A stretch of 64,000 nt of DNA, taken from the NCBI RefSeq assembly GCF_009914755.1, contig NC_060935.1; one strand, 5' to 3'. The notes under the pieces are model-generated. The model saw only the letters and a program-made list of their open reading frames with translations. It did no database searches and was not told the DNA's origin. A program made the translations under genes and the position numbers. Source of the stretch: the human T2T-CHM13v2.0 reference genome, Homo sapiens. Shown here piece after piece: positions 61,966-64,000 of this stretch. How positions within the stretch are numbered: the stretch's first letter is position 1; each line of letters begins with the position of its first letter.

Positions 61966-64000
61966 GAAAAAATACATTTTTATAAAGTAGGCATTCACCT
62001 CAGAAATCCTTTGATAATGTTTGAAGCAATACCAGTTTAATACTGTTTAAGTCAGTTTCCTCTATTATTGTGGTTCAATTGTTTAGTGACTTGGAAACCC
62101 CCAAAATATGGTTTTTTTTTAATTTCAGTGCCTCCTTTCTTCCTAACACACTGGTGCAAACCTCATACAGAGCACACTGGAGCTAGCAGGCACTGCACTT
62201 TATGGCATACAAGTGAAAGAAAGCGTAAAATGGAAGAAGCAGCCCCTTCAAATGGCTAAAGGTGGTGTGACTTCAGACATGAGGATCAGGAAATGGAAGT
62301 AAAGGGGAAGTGGAAGAGTAAGGAGAGAATGCCTGCTGTTCTCTCTAGTTTAGGCATCAATTTGCCTGGAGGCACTGCTTGTGCCCAACAGTACAAGAGC
62401 GAGCAAAAATGTTTAAAAGTTAGCTAATGCAAACCTAACGTACAGATATGACCATATAAAGCTAAACAAATTAAAAATCAAAGCCTGCTAGAACATATGT
62501 AATTACAAAGTGTACATTATAATTGCCCATATAATTAAATGTTTTTAAAAGAAAATAGAAAATACCCTAATACCTTTTGTGGGATCTACTCTACAATAAA
62601 AACAGAAAACAAACAAAAAAAGCCAAGCATAATATATTAAGACTATACACATCAGGTAGAGTAAAATTTTATTAAATCTAACAACACACATAACTGTCTT
62701 CCTTGAATACATGATTCAGTTTAACATGTACTTTAGGCCTGAATTATTCTTTTTCATATTGCATGTGGTCATACATCTCACCATAAAATTGTTAGATAAT
62801 TTTAGTTTACAACTGTAGACTAGAATGCACGGACTATTGCTCCACTTGATAAAATCTCAGAGAAAAAAAACTAAGTCTTTGAATGATGTCATTAGTTTCA
62901 AGCTCAGTTTAGCTATTTCTTACTAGATTAGAAATTTCTTTTAAAAGGCTCATGTTTAATGTTTTTTTAAAAAAATAATCCCCACAATATTTACTGTAGC
63001 TACATCTGTACATAGCAGATGCTCAATATATATATTAAGTGAATAACCTCACTAATAAATGCTTGCTTACCTTCTTACCGGTGAGGTCTGTTTAAGAACT
63101 TAACAAAACATCTAAATTTAAGGCAAACTTCTTAATCATTAAAAGACTAAAAAGTAAGCCAGTTTGCATTAACAGGCTCATGTTAGCCAGACAAGTCCCT
63201 CTGTCTCCATTACCTCCTAGTTCCTAGGACAATGACAACAACCTCCCTCCAAACCTCCGTAACTTTACTCTATGACATATCGAAAATGGTGGAGATGAAA
63301 TCTGTTTCTCTCTTTTCATCTAATAAGTGCCCTAAAGAATATTTGCTTTTTCAAAGGCAGAAGAGACACAACTAAAAAGTTTCAACCTAACCAGGCTCTG
63401 GCCCCAGCAATACTACTATTAATGTATGTATGCCCTACCAGTGTCTACCACTGTAGACTCATGCAACCTCTAGTACATGCACCTGGTAAAATCTTTTGTT
63501 TAAATCAACACATGTGGCCCCAGTTACAGTAATCACCTTTCCACTTTATCAAATGCACCTAAAAATATATTGTTACACACAGATCAGTTACAGTACCAGT
63601 AAGAGAGACCATAGTAAGTTATAGTTACAATTCCAGTTAAAAAGGCATTTTTTTAACTTTGATATTTTCACTTCGAGTTAAAATTCAAATCATTAAATGC
63701 AAAAATGAAACAAAAAACTAATGGCTCAACTTACTTAATATCATACAACTAATTCAGCCAACCATAGTATAAACTATGAGAATCCTAACACATTATCTGT
63801 ATTTACCTTAATAAATTTATTAGATATATGTAACATCTCAACCAATATCCAGACTGTTTTTAAAGAATACAGTAGTATAGTTTCCTCTTGAAAAGAAATA
63901 TTCTCTGCAGGAGAGGAAAGATACTTAGGAGCCTTGGGTGTCAGGGATCTCACAAAGTCAACGTCAACTTTATCCATAACCACCATCATCTACCTCCAGT

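Overview
Primate (almost certainly human) intronic DNA. The only supportable coding feature is a 92-nt internal exon on the minus strand (11688-11779). It translates to VPKELVELHLKLMRKIGKSVTADRWEKYLIK, which I recognise as exon 2 of RSF1 (remodeling and spacing factor 1). Higher coordinates are therefore intron 1 and lower coordinates intron 2; exon 1 lies beyond the right edge. The rest is dense in repeats: roughly 55-60 Alu/FLAM copies, MER41- and LTR8-type LTRs, a full-length THE1 MaLR provirus, MER21 LTRs, several generations of L1 (including a 5'-inverted L1PA), MER-type DNA transposons, L2/MIR/CR1 relics, a G-rich polypurine tract and microsatellites. Intron 1 carries three retrocopies of cellular RNAs: a U2 snRNA 5' fragment, a tailless 3'-truncated 7SK copy and a full-length RPS20 processed pseudogene. 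I see no convincing novel multi-gene system. The best leads are a candidate cryptic exon with an in-frame ATG just upstream of exon 2, antisense U2/7SK copies in the RSF1 pre-mRNA, a CpG-retaining sense RPS20 retrocopy, an apparent locally templated insertion, an aberrant THE1 terminus, and a ~16-kb four-level nest of retroelements. Repeat subfamily names and many repeat boundaries are by eye from remembered consensus sequences and are approximate.
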